A stretch of DNA of 63,915 nt, filler included, from Squatina squatina (lineage: Eukaryota), in assembly GCA_031763465.1 (NCBI GenBank). It is 4 parts of 4 records of this genome, joined end to end, with 100 filler letters (N's around TTAATTAATTAA, not from the genome) between each part and the next. Parts side by side here need not be neighbours in the genome. Positions count along the whole stretch, not along the records: positions 13,910 to 33,647 come from JARFOE010000059.1; positions 33,748 to 51,501 come from JARFOE010000080.1; 2 more parts are not named here. One strand, 5' to 3'. Positions within the stretch are counted from its first letter, which is position 1; each line of letters starts with the position of its first letter. The translations under genes and the position numbers were made by a program. The notes beneath the pieces are model-generated. The model made no database searches and had not been told where the DNA came from. It saw nothing but the letters and a program-made list of their open reading frames with translations. Below, in pieces: positions 24,330 through 36,292 of the stretch.

Positions 24330-27300
24330 CAAAGTAAAGGAGCCGATTCAACCCCTGGAGCCTGTTTCGCTACTCAGTTAGATCATGGCTGATCCGTACC
24401 TCAATTCCATTTACCCGCCTTACATCCCTTCCCCAACAATAAGCTCTCTAGGTGTTGACAATTTCAGTGGAACTAATCTCGACAGCTTTTTGGTGGGAGC
24501 GAGTTCCAGATTTTCACGATCCTTTTTGTGAAGTCGTCATTCCTTCCATCACCCCTGCTACTGTATATCTCTGACTTGAAGATTATGTTCCCTAATTCTG
24601 TACTCCCCAGCGGAAATAAGTTGCTCTCTATCTATCTCGTTAAATCCTTTAATCATTTTAAACACCACAATTAGATCGATTCCTAATTGTCTGCACTCAG
24701 GTAATGCAAGCCTTGTCTATACAACATATCTGAATAAATTAATCTATTTTCACCCCCGTACCATTCTGGTCAATCTGCACTGCAATCCCTCCAAGATCAA
24801 TATGTCCTTCCGGAGGCGCCATGCTCGGAACTGAGTGCAGCTCTCCAGTTTTGGTCTGAAAATGTAGCATAACTTAAATCCCTTTGTTTCACAGTTCCCT
24901 TGAGATAAAGGCTAACATTACATAAATTATAACTTTTTTTTTACATAGAATTACAACACAGGAACTGGACATTATGCTCCACAGGAGCCCCTCCCACTCC
25001 ACTTCAGTGATCCCTATTAGCGTATTCCTATTCGCTATTCGCTCATGTGATAATCTAACTTCCTCTTAATTGCATCTATGCTACTCACCGAAACTGCTCA
25101 ATGTGATAGCAAGTTCAACATTCTAACTAAGTTTCTCCTAAATCCCTGTTGGATTTATTGGTGATTATCTTATATTTAGGATTGCTAGTTATGGAAACCC
25201 CACACGTGGAAACATCTTCTCGACGTCTACACTATCAGGACCCTTCATAATTTTAAAGACATCTGCAGGTCAACCTTCAGCCGTCACTTCTCAAGAGGAA
25301 ACAGCCCCAGCTTGCTCAGTGTTTCCTGATAATTACTAACTCTCAGTCTGATATCATTCTTCTAAATCTCTTTTACTCCTGTTCCACAGCGGCGATATTC
25401 TTTTTGTAATAGAGAGCAGAACAGTGCTCTAAGAGTGGCATAAATAAGGTTCAAGAAAATTTCAACAAAAACTCTTTCTACTTTCAGGTATATTCCTCTA
25501 GAAGTGAACCCCAGTGCTCTGTCTTCAATTTGATGGTCTTCTTAACCTGTGTCTCTACGTTTCGTGATTGGTGAATCCGTACATGTAGATCCCTTTGCTC
25601 CTCTACCCGATTTAGAGCCTTGATTCACAATGAGTGTATGGCCTCCTTATCTCTCCCACCAAAATGCAGCAGCTCATACTTACCTGTGTTGAAATATATT
25701 TGACATTCACATGCCTATTCTGAAAGAGTAATTAGTATCTTCTTGTATTTGTGTCGCTGTATTCCTCAGTATAAACCATTTTCTCCAATTCGGTTTCATC
25801 AGAACATTTTGAAATTGTGATTTCGATCCCCGAGCTGACTCCTTGATATAAATGATTGACAATTTTCTACCAGTTTGTAGTGATTTCCGTACGTGCAGCC
25901 CTTAATATCTCTGCTTCTCCACAGTGCAAACAATCTCACCATTTAAAAAATGCACTGAACCATTTCCTCAGGTACACATTGACCTCAATCTCCCACAGTT
26001 TTACCCACTCACTGAAACTATCAATGTCCCTGTCAAACTTTCTGCTTCCATCTACACAATTTATTGGAGCACCTAACTTGGTGTCGATAATAACCTTGGA
26101 AATATGATTCTCTATCCTTTCATCTTAGTCATTGATAGATATCGTGAAAAGCTGATACGTCAGTACAAATCTCTGGAGGACAACACTAAACACAGTTTGT
26201 GAAAGTTCAACCAGAAAGATATATTTCATAGTTTAAGAGAGTTGTTATGGTTAAACGCTGGCTTTAGTGTGAGAATTTTTTTTCCAGTTTATTGTTTGTG
26301 GATGCATACGGAGTGTTCTCGAAAAGATACATTCTACAGTCCTTGTAAGTATATTCAAAATGGTGCTTTATTTAAACTTACCTCTCTATTACCAGGAGTA
26401 ATGTTTCATTTCGAAATTCCGGTTGCTGGGCTGGCTTTGTGCGGATTCGGAAAGTAACCTGCAACTGAGATTTTTCAGACAACTGAGAGCTCATGTAATG
26501 AAAGTATATCTTGACTTTGTGCAATAGTGTGAAACTAGTGATAGCCAATCAACAGCGCGACTTACATCTCCCCAATTTATATTTCCATTGACTTCAATGG
26601 AAAGGAAAATGGGGCTGGGTTGTAAAATAGGCAGTTAAATCTACATCACCTGTTTTACCACATTCCCCCACCCAGTTGCCACTAACTTCAGTGGGCCTAT
26701 ATGTTGCCTTTGTCTGATAGTGTGAAGCGTGTGAGGCTGAGTCTGCAGCGTGTTTTGCAACTCCTCCGTTTTACATCTCCACAGATTAGAATTCAAAAGC
26801 AGAGATAATATGTTAAAAAGACGCAAAAACTTGGTTCAATCCCACTTGGAGTATTCTCGACTCTGTTTATCTCCATTTACAAAGGATTTGAAGGCAATGC
26901 ACCAAAAGCTTTTACAGATGAAAGCAGAAATGAATGGTTTCAACTCTCATGAAAAACCGAGAATGCTGGGACTCTTTTCTCAAGAACGGAGAAGACTTAG
27001 TGGCAAATTGATGGAGGTCTTTAAAATTGTAAAGGGCTTTGGGACATAGAGAATAAGTTTTCACTTGTTGCGGGGAGGGGGGGGGGGTGCAAAATCTAGG
27101 CTCTTAAATATAAAACATTCACTAAGGTATCCAATAAGGAATAAAGGAGAATCGTCTTTATTTAGAGAGTGGAGAGAAGGAACTGCATCTATAGTGCGTC
27201 TTTCATGATCCCAGGACGCCTCAAAGCGCTTCACAGCCAAGGACCTACTTTTGAGCACAGTCACTATTCTAATGCACTTGCTACTATGTGGAGCTGTTGA

Positions 27301-28320
27301 GACGAATACCAAAAAAACATGGAAGCATCGAATGACACAAAACTGAAAAATACTCATTGCCTTCAGGCCTGTGGTGGATCTTTGCTAGTTCTATCCGATT
27401 TATCTCACTCCCCTGATCTTTCTCGATAGCCCTCCATTTTCCCCTTCAAGTAATGATCCCATCCTTCAATTGATGCATTTAATGGGAAGCTGGATAAGTA
27501 CTGGAAGGAGAATAGAAAGGTAGGATGTGCTTTTCGGGTGAGATGAATTAAGGTGGCAGGAGGCCCGTGTGGAGAATGAACACAGACATGGACCAGCTCG
27601 GTGGAATGGCCTGATGTTTTGGAGTCAAATGCTATGTAATTCTGTGGAATATATCACTACCAATGACCTCAATGGAAAACAAATGATAAGAAACATAAAA
27701 TGGATTGCCGACTTGCTATCACCCGCTTTACATGATCACACAATCCCAGTGTGGTTTACCCAGTAGCAACAGCTGTAATTCTAAATGCTTGTTCTCATTC
27801 ACCTTATATTGCATTACATGTTGTTTGGAAGATATTCTTTGATCTATTTGATTATCTGTTCATTTTATTGATCAATGCAGTTTGAAAGAGCTCGCACTAC
27901 TCCTTTCATGCCTAAGAAATCCTGTCTCCTCACAGTTAGAATCATAGTATCATTCAGCACAGAAGGAGGCCAATTGGAACAATGTGCCTGTGTTGGATCT
28001 TTGAAAAAAATTTCAAATTGGTGCCACTCCACTGCCCTCTCCCCATAAAGCCATGTATTGCTCTACCTTTTTAAGCATATATACAATTCATTTTTGAAAG
28101 GTATTATTGAATATGCCTGTATCACCCTTCGAGGCAGTGAATTCCAGATTGTAACAACTCTCTGAGTAAAGAAACAACTACTCATCTCCCCCATAGCTTT
28201 TGGAAAATTATTTTAAATATGTGTCCTCTGGTTCCCACGCTTATGCCAGTGGAAACAGTTTCTTCCTATCTACTCAAAGCCACTCGTGATTTTCAAAACT
28301 TCTATTAAATTTCCCCATAA
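24330..28320. mobile_element. Cluster of old CR1 fragments on both strands
   Basis: Repeated CR1 3' motifs, e.g. GATCATGGCTGATC at ~24380 and EFKSRDNML..LVQSHLEYS..RRRLSGKLMEVFKIVKG at 26770-27049. Confidence 0.75.
26504..26675. mobile_element. Palindromic MITE, degraded
   Basis: Centre TTTCCATTGA-CT-TCAATGGAAA (26582-26603). The arms resemble 41392-41571. Confidence 0.55.
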
Positions 28321-28321
28321 T

Positions 28322-30135
28322 TACAACTTATTTTGTGGTAGACGCTTTAACATAGTAAAGCATCACAAGGTGCTTCAGAGGTGTGTCGTAGGCCAACAAC
28401 ATGACACTGTGTAACAGAAGGAGAAATTAGGGCAGATGACCAAAAGCGGGTTCACAGAGGTAGGTTTTTAGGAGCAGCTTAAAGGAGGAGAATGAGGTAG
28501 AGAGGGGCCGCAGTAAGGGAGGGAGTTCTGGAGCTTAGAGCCAAGGCAGCTGAAGACACGGCCATCAAAACTTGTGCAATTATAATCAGGGATGTACAAG
28601 CAGGCCGATTTAGAGGAGTGCAGATATCTCTGGGTTGTTGGGTTGGAGGAGATTAGGAGATAGGGAGGCAAGAGGCAGGGATTCGAAAACAATGATGAGA
28701 ATTTTGAAATCGAGTCTTTCCTTACCCAGGTGCCCATGTTTGTCAGCGAGCAGATGGTTGAGGGGTGAATGGGACTTGCTGCAAGTTAGGACACCGGCAG
28801 CCGAGTTTTGGGTGAATTTAAGTGTACGTAGGGTAGGACGTGAGAGGCTAGCAGGTTACCGTTGGAATGGTCTAGTCGAGAGGGAACAACGGGTTTCATG
28901 GGATTACATAGAAATACATAGGATAAATAGCACAGAAACAGGACATTCGGCCTAACTAGTCTCTGCCAGCGTTTATGCTCCACTTGGGCCTCCTCTCATC
29001 TTTCTTCATCTGAATCTATCAGCATAACCCTCTATTCCCTTCTCCCTCATATGTTTGTCCAGCCAACCCTTAAATGCAGCTATACTATTCACTTCAATCA
29101 ATCGCCACTGTAGCAAGTTCCACATTCTCCCCACTCATTGTGTAAAGAAATTTCTTCTGATTTCCCTGTTGGAGTTCCTGGTGATTATCTTGTATTCATG
29201 GCCTCTACTTATCTCTTCCCCACAAGTAGGAACATTCTCCTGGATCCAGACTATCATGGATCAAAGCCTTTCATCATTTTAATGAACTCTATTAGTTCAC
29301 CTCTCAGCCTTCTTTTTTTCAAGAGAAAAATACCTAGCCGGTTTATTCTTTCCTGATGTGTGTGCCCGCGCATTTCTGGAATCATACTTGTAAATCCACT
29401 CTGCTCCTTCTCCGGCATCACTTTATCCTTTTTATAATATGACGACCAGAACTGCATGCAGCACTCTAAGTGTGGTCTCACAGATGATCGGTACGAGTTT
29501 AACATATCTTCCCTACTTTTCTATTCTATACCTCTACAAATAAACAATTGTGCACGGTTCGTTTTTTTGGGGCCTTGCTGATCTGTGGTGCAACATTTAG
29601 TGATTTTTGTAGTTTTATTCTGGGATCCCATTATTCCTCTACCCACCTAGACTCGCACTTTCCAAGTAATAATTGAGCTCCCTATTCCTACCAAAATGTA
29701 CTACCTCACCTTTATCTGTATTGAACTTCATTTGCCTATTATTTGCCCATTCTGCAAGTTTATGAATGTCCTCCTGTAGTATGTTGCAGTCCTCCTCAGT
29801 ATTGACTATCCCCTCATGCTGTGGCTTTGAGCAACGGATGTGAGGCAGAAGTGGAGACAGGCGATGTTATGGAGGCTGAAATCGGCAGTCTGAGTTATGC
29901 CATGAATAAATGTTTGGAAGCTGATTTCAGGTTCAATTATGACACCAACGTTGTGAACACTGCGGTTCAGCTTCAGACAGATGCTAGAGTCAGTGACTAG
30001 GGAATGGATTTTGTGGCGGGGACAGAAGCAATTGCTTCAGACTTCACATAATTTAATTGGAGAAACTTTGTGCTCCTCAAGTACAGGATGTCCGTCAAGC
30101 AGTGTGACAAATTAGAGACCGTGGAGAGGTCCTCA
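28322..30135 (-). mobile_element. L2 LINE 3' portion interrupted by CR1
   Basis: 28322-28895 and 29812-30135 are consecutive parts of the reverse complement of the L2 at 50185-51267. Confidence 0.75.
28905..29810 (-). mobile_element. CR1 LINE 3' portion nested in L2
   Basis: VRPHLECCMQFWSSYYKKD...RLGIFLLKKRRLRGELIE and a CR1 tail ending near ACATAGAAATACATAG. Confidence 0.85.
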
Positions 30136-30139
30136 ACGT

Positions 30140-31279
30140 TTCTGATTAGAACAATCCCGGCTTCTCCAGCTCCTCCATATAACTGAATTCCCTCATCCCC
30201 GGTACCATTCTGGGCAACCATGAGGCGCTGGGGGCAATCGCAGCAGCAGAATTGTATTCTGTCACAATCTGTAACCTCATGGTCCTTCATATCCTTCACT
30301 GTACCATTAGCATCAAGCAAGGGGACATAAGCAGTTTCAATGAGGAGTGCAGAAAACATGCCAGGAGCAGCACCAGGTGTACCTACAAATTAGCTGGCAT
30401 CCTGGGCCAACTGCAACATAGGAGCACATGCATGCGACACAGAGGAAGCAGCATGTCACAGGCAGAGCTAGGTGATCCCAAAAGCAACAGATCAGAAAAA
30501 AGCTCTTCTGTCCTGCCAGATCCACTCGTGAATATTGCTGGACAATTAAGAAAATAATAGGAGCATGAGGCTCCATGAATATCCAATGATGGCGAAGCCC
30601 AGCAGGCGAGTGGAAAAGACAAGGCTGAAGCACTTGCAAATATATTCAGCCAGAAGTGCCGAGTGGATGATTCATCTCGGCCTCTTCCTGAGACCCCACC
30701 ATCAAAGAAGCCGGTCTTCAGCAATTCAATTTACTCCATCCCTATCAAGAAGTGGCTAATCGCACAGAAGTATGATGAAATAATCTCCACTTGTCCGGAT
30801 GAGTGCAGGTCCAACAGCACTCAAGTTTCTCGACGCTGTCGAAGACAAATCAGCGCACTGGATTGGCATCCTATCCACCTACTTAAACATTCACTCCCGC
30901 CACTACCGGTGCATTGTGGCTGCAGTGTGTACCATCTACAAGATGCACTGCAACAACTCGTCACGGTTTCTTCGACAGCATCTCCAAACCCACCACCTCC
31001 ATCACTTTGAAGTGCAGGGGTAGCAGGTGCATGGGAACGCCATCATCTCCAAGTCCATCTCCAAGTTAGACACCATCCCGACTTGAAAATATATTACCAT
31101 TCCTTCATTATCGCTGGAACAAAATCTTGGAAATCCTTCCCTAACAGCACGATGGGATCACCTTCCCCACACGGTCTGCAGTGGTTCATAAGGCCGATCA
31201 TCACCACCTTCAAAAGGGCAATTAGAGATGAGCTATAAAGGTCAGCGAGGCCCACATCCCATGAACAAATAAAAAAAAT
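30140..31279 (+). mobile_element. Non-LTR retrotransposon (CR1/Jockey group), internally deleted 3' portion
   Basis: Peptides KDKAEALANIFSQKCRVDDSSRP and MSAGPTALKFLDAVEDK...LNIHSRHYRCIVAAVCTIYKMHC, then an A-rich 3' end. Confidence 0.7.
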
Positions 31280-31799
31280 CCATCTACAAGGCCTTGGGAT
31301 GCTTCCAAATTGTGGTCCCCAGAAATTAGTCAAATAATTCATAATTCTACTGTTTATACTTTATGCTAATCATATTTCTGTTTCTGCATGGCAAAAAGCC
31401 ATACCCATAAATAAATTATGTTTTTATTAATTTTGGCGATAATTCTTTATTGGTTGGAATTTCAAACTCCTTCTCTTTAGAGAGATGCTTTGAATGAGAA
31501 ATGTTTTGCAACATGTAGCAAGCGTTGTGAAGATGTCAGCAACTACAGATAACTGAACAAATTATTGCTTATTTCTCGAAGTTGGCGACGTATATGATGA
31601 TGAACATGATCTGTGCCCTTATTACGGTAGCGGCTCTGTCCCAGCTTTCCATTGACTTGGAGATTTGGACCACAAGCATTCACTGCCCTTCTGGAACTGT
31701 CTGTGAATCTTGGTCAATTACTTCGGCTGTAAGTACAGAATTGAAATCTTAATGCATGACTAACGTTTCCATGTGTTCCGCTGTTTTTTTGGTTTTTTT

Positions 31800-32410
31800 T
31801 CAGAAAATGTACAGCACAGTAATAGGCTATTTGTTCCAACACATTTATTTGTTTGTTGTTCTCCACACAAGCCACCTCCCATCTTATTTCTTCTAACTCT
31901 ATCAACATGCCAAGTCTTCTTTTCTCCCTTATGTGTTTATCTCACTTCCCCTTTAACAGATCTATGCCATTTTCCAACAACCTCTCCGCATGGTAGCTCT
32001 CTGGATCCTTCCAAATAATTTATTGAATTTATTAGTGACTAATTATAGTGAAGGTTCCCAGGTTTGCACTCCCCCACAAGTGCAAACATCTTCGCTACTT
32101 AAATTTAAAGACCTATATTAGGTCACCTCTCAATCTTCTTCATTTTAACGAAAGGAACCCCAACCTGATTAGTACGGTAACACAATTTCATGCAACATTG
32201 CCAAAAAGCATTTTGCTTGAATTGCCTGAAAGTGCAGTGGAAGCAGATTTTAGTGCTAACTTTTAAAAGAGTATTAGATGAATTCTTGTAAAGGAAAGCC
32301 TGTAGGTCTATGGGGAACGATCAAGTGGGAAGAGGGATTAACTACGTAGTTTCATCAAAGGTCGATAGGCCGGACGGCCTCCTTCTGTGTTGCATGATTA
32401 TGTGATTCAC
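31800..32410. mobile_element. Two old CR1 3' fragments (- then +)
   Basis: TTGTTCCAACAC...TCTCCACACAAGCCACCTCC tail on minus; TTGCCTGAAAGTGCAGTGGAAGCAGATT...GGCCTCCTTCTGTG on plus. Confidence 0.65.
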
Positions 32411-32494
32411 ATCCTGTCCCATTAATTCCCTCCTTCGCTCATCTGAAGTAGAATTCCCGACACCCTGTAGCTGGTTGCCTGCTTTTTGCATAAT

Positions 32495-32632
32495 GTGGTT
32501 GAAATTGGTTTGCAGTAACGTGAGTGATGTTCTGGTTCATTGAACTCAATCAGAAAGGAAAATCCGGAGGAGCGTAAAATGGACGTCCGATGAGCATTTT
32601 GTGCTACTAGTGAAGAACAATTTCACTCCCAA
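32495..32632. mobile_element. Palindromic MITE, internally deleted
   Basis: GTGGTTGAAATTGGT...CATTGAACTCAAT...ACAATTTCACTCCCAAT, with termini like 41392-41571. Confidence 0.45.
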
Positions 32633-32969
32633 TATTCCTCATTGGCCCCAATTTGTCCATTTTAAAATCCTAAATTTCGTTTACAATTTCTCCTCCACTG
32701 ATGCTGTCGCAGGGAGTAGGCCCATTACGTTACAAGAAGCACTCTTATTTCCGATTACCCTTAACACATCCTTGCCTCTGTTCCACAGAGATACCGTTTT
32801 GGCCTCCTACTCGCTCTCTTCCTCCTGGCGCTGATGCAGCTGTTGATATCAATCGTCTTTTCTGTTTTCGGATGCAAGGCATTGTGGAACAATTGTAAAA
32901 TACAATTCAATAAGGTGCGTATTTACAACACCACATTGTGAAAGGATATTTCCATTTCACCTGAAATGA

Positions 32970-33400
32970 AACAAAGACTTTTCATGACCCCGAAACCTTG
33001 CAAAGAGGTTACATCCAAGGAAGCACTTTTGAAGTCTAGTTACGGCTGTAATATTGGAAATTATGCAGTGACGTTGTGCAGAGAAAGGTCCCACAAATAA
33101 CAATTTTATAAATGACCCGAATACCTGTTATTTTTCGTGATTGGTGGCGGGATGAATTTCGCTGCATTACTTCTAAATAGAGCCATGGGATCTTTGACAT
33201 CCCCCTGAGAGAGAATAAGTAATCTCTGCGTAACTTCACATCCAAAAGATCACACATCCGACAGTGCAGTGCTTCCTGATTACCGCATCAAGTGAGTCAT
33301 ATTAGATTTTGCTGCTGAAATTTGTGAAGTAGGATTATGAACCCACAACCTTCTGACTAAAAGGCAAGGGAGCTACCAACTGAGCCAGAACTGGCACACT
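32970..33400 (-). mobile_element. Deu-domain SINE, highly diverged
   Basis: Reverse complement of 34969-35421 (GCCATGGGATCTTT, CATCCAAAAGA, GAACCCACAACCTTCTGACT). Confidence 0.75.
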
Positions 33401-33747
33401 TTAGCTATTTTATTTGGTTTTCATCTTCCAAATATATTGCAACGAGAAATTTCGTACTGTACACCTCAATATTTTGTTATTGAGGGAATTGACACATGGA
33501 GGAATCATCAGCATTTATGTCAGCTTGTTATTATGATTTATTGTTCCATTATTCATTTGTTGAAAATTTAAGCGTCAATTCCGATCCGCTTTTCAGCCTC
33601 CGAAGAAGTCGACCAATCCGGACAACACCTCTCAAACACCAATACCTNNNNNNNNNNNNNNNNNNNNNNNNNNNNNNNNNNNNNNNNNNNNTTAATTAAT
33701 TAANNNNNNNNNNNNNNNNNNNNNNNNNNNNNNNNNNNNNNNNNNNN

Positions 33748-34962
33748 GTTGCATTAGACACAGCTGAAGCAGATTCCACCTGCACCGATCTAAAAACACT
33801 TACACCTCAGATGCTCACGATGCCAACATCACTAAACACACCGGCATCACCAATAGCAACACCAACCTTCTCCGCAATCACCTGATGCTTCAAAGGTCAC
33901 AGGGCGTCAGCACCCGAACACATTGTTGCCTGGGACTCCAGGGATGGCCTCACCATGGCCACATTTACTTCACTGGATGCTGTACACCGTGGCTGCCACA
34001 TGATGCGTCAGGTTGGCAAAACAACGCACCAGCACCATAAAGCAACCCTGCAATGCCCACGCCATTCCTTTCACACTTAGCACCATTGTGCGGGCTACTC
34101 TTATGTCTCACCGTTCACTCCAACTCATTAAGCCACTTCAAAATGTGCACACAAATCTGTCCGAAAAGGCAAAGTGCTTAAAATAAACATTTCAATGTTT
34201 GACAACTCTTCACCAGAAACTCTACGTGATCATTGCCTGAAACACCCAAGTGATTACCCTTGTGTTGTTATTTGATATGATTGGGCAAAGATGACGGTGA
34301 GTGTGAGGGGTGACTAGCGAGATGGGGAAGTGATAATGTAGATAGAGTGGGTTGGGTGGAGGTCCAAGGTAAGTTGTTGTCAGTATGGATGTGCAGGAGG
34401 AGGGTAGCAAAGGCAGAGTGATGGGGATGTGATGAGTGGCACAGCAGGATGAGGTTGAGTGTGGCTTTGCAGTAACTTTTCGTGATCTAAGGAGATCATT
34501 AAAAGGTTTGCACCACTGCAGCCTTGTCCTCCTGACAACATCCCTGCTTGTGCCCTGCTGTGCAATGTGCGATCAGGCTGCATTGGGGTACTGAGGAAGT
34601 CTCCTGCCCATTGGAAGGGAAGAGGACCTCCCTGTGTGCTGTGACTCCCTCCAGAAGCTGTGCACCTTTGGGCAGCGCCTATCAGTGTTTGCAGCTTCTG
34701 AATGCTGCAGAACACTGACAGAAGAACTATCAAGAAAAGGTCAAGAATGGTCCCTTTAAGAAAACCAGCTGATGACGTGTCATCAAATTACATCATCAGA
34801 CCGGCTTCCAGTTAATTGGCTGGGAAACCTGCACGGCGAGCCTAACAAGGCCAATCATGGGAAGATCGTCGGGGGAGGACAGGCTGAGCTGGGAGCGCAT
34901 TCTCTACATGGCACGTCTGCGGCTCGGACTCAACCCGCCTCCCCTGGTGAAATCGTGGCCCA
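33748..34962 (-). mobile_element. Harbinger-like transposon remnant with decayed Myb/SANT-like ORF2
   Basis: Minus strand at ~34470-34625 encodes GRRLPQYPNAA*SHIAQQGTSRDVVRRTRLQWCKPFNDLLRS (trihelix RT..QC.K.FNDL). Terminus AAATCGTGGCCCA at ~34950-34962. Confidence 0.65.
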
Positions 34963-34968
34963 TGTGTT

Positions 34969-35421
34969 AGTTGTAGCTCAGGAGTTAGCACCCTCGCCTG
35001 AGTCAGAAGCTTGTGGGTTCAAGTCCCACTCCAGAGACTTGAGCACAGAAATTTAGGCTGACACGTCAGTGCAGTACTGAGGGGGTGCTGCACTGTCAGA
35101 GGTCCCATCTTTCGGATGAGATGTTAAACCGAGGCCCCGTCTGCCCTCTCAGACGGCCATAAAAGATCCTATGGCACTATTTCGAAAAGGAGCGTCCAAG
35201 TGTCCTGGCCAATATTTATCCCTCAATCAACATCACTAAAACAGGTTATCACGATGCTGTCTGCGGGAGCTTACTGTGCGCAAATTGGCTAATGCGTTTC
35301 CTACATTTCCTAGATTACAACAGCGACTACACTTCAAAAAGTACTTCATTGGCCGTAAAGTGCTTTGGGACATCTGGTGGTTGTGAAAGGCGTTATATAA
35401 ATGCAAGTCTTTCTTTCTTTC
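34969..35421 (+). mobile_element. Near full-length tRNA-headed Deu-domain SINE (SacSINE1/AmnSINE1-like)
   Basis: A box TAGCTCAGGAG and B box GGTTCAAGTCC; Deu core GGATGAGATGTTAAACCGAGGCCCCGTCTGCCCTCTC..AAAGATCCTATGGCACTATT; L2-like tail TATATAAATGCAAGTC(TTTC)n. Confidence 0.85.
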
Positions 35422-36292
35422 AGGCCTCAGGTTAAAATTGCAAATTGCACCCCAATGACATCATAGATACCTGCATATTTATAGCCGACGGGGTGGGTGT
35501 CCTTGCCAACTGCAAGTTAAAATTACAGTCAACCGCTTCGGGGTGGAAAAGTATCCCGCTCCGTTTTAACTGACCCCACCGCACCCCCCCACCCCGAATT
35601 CCGCCAGGCTGGGGAGTTCAAACTCGACCCCAAGGAATAGGTCAATGGTCAATAACATTAACAATCTTTTCCCTTACTCATTCTTGTGGAATGGAAACAA
35701 ACTGTTTGGAGCCTGGCTGTGAGGACAGACTGCAAATGAAAAGACCGGATTAAAGGACTTCCCAATCAAAACAGAGCTCTGAAGAGGGAATATGCTAGCT
35801 GTCTACAGCCACTCACCCAACCTGTTCAGGTATGTCAAGACTGCATTGCCTGGAAGACTCAACAAAAACATGCTACAAAAGCTGATTAAATAGATTCTTA
35901 ACAAATAAAGATGGGATTCGGAATTCAGGAGTTTTTTAAAAAAAAGTTTGTGAAGTTTACAAAAATGGCAAAAAACAATTGGGTAGAAGGTAAGAAAATA
36001 TATGTTGAGTATATTCTGCAAAATATTTCTAGCCTAAATCTGGTTTTCTTGGTTTTGGAAATGTTCTATGATGTATAGAAAGCCTCACAGTGTTCAAGGC
36101 CAGCTAATGAGAGTGCAAAATGAAGTTTACACACAATTTACCCATGCCTGCCAGAGCCACAAGGCAACTTTTAATCAATTATGTCCAATTTCNNNNNNNN
36201 NNNNNNNNNNNNNNNNNNNNNNNNNNNNNNNNNNNNNNNNNNNNNNNNNNNNNNNNNNNNNNNNNNNNNNNNNNNNNNNNNNNNNNNNNNNN

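Noticed and set aside
34969-35040. tRNA gene
   Set aside because: The A/B boxes are the head of a SINE, and there is no complete cloverleaf.
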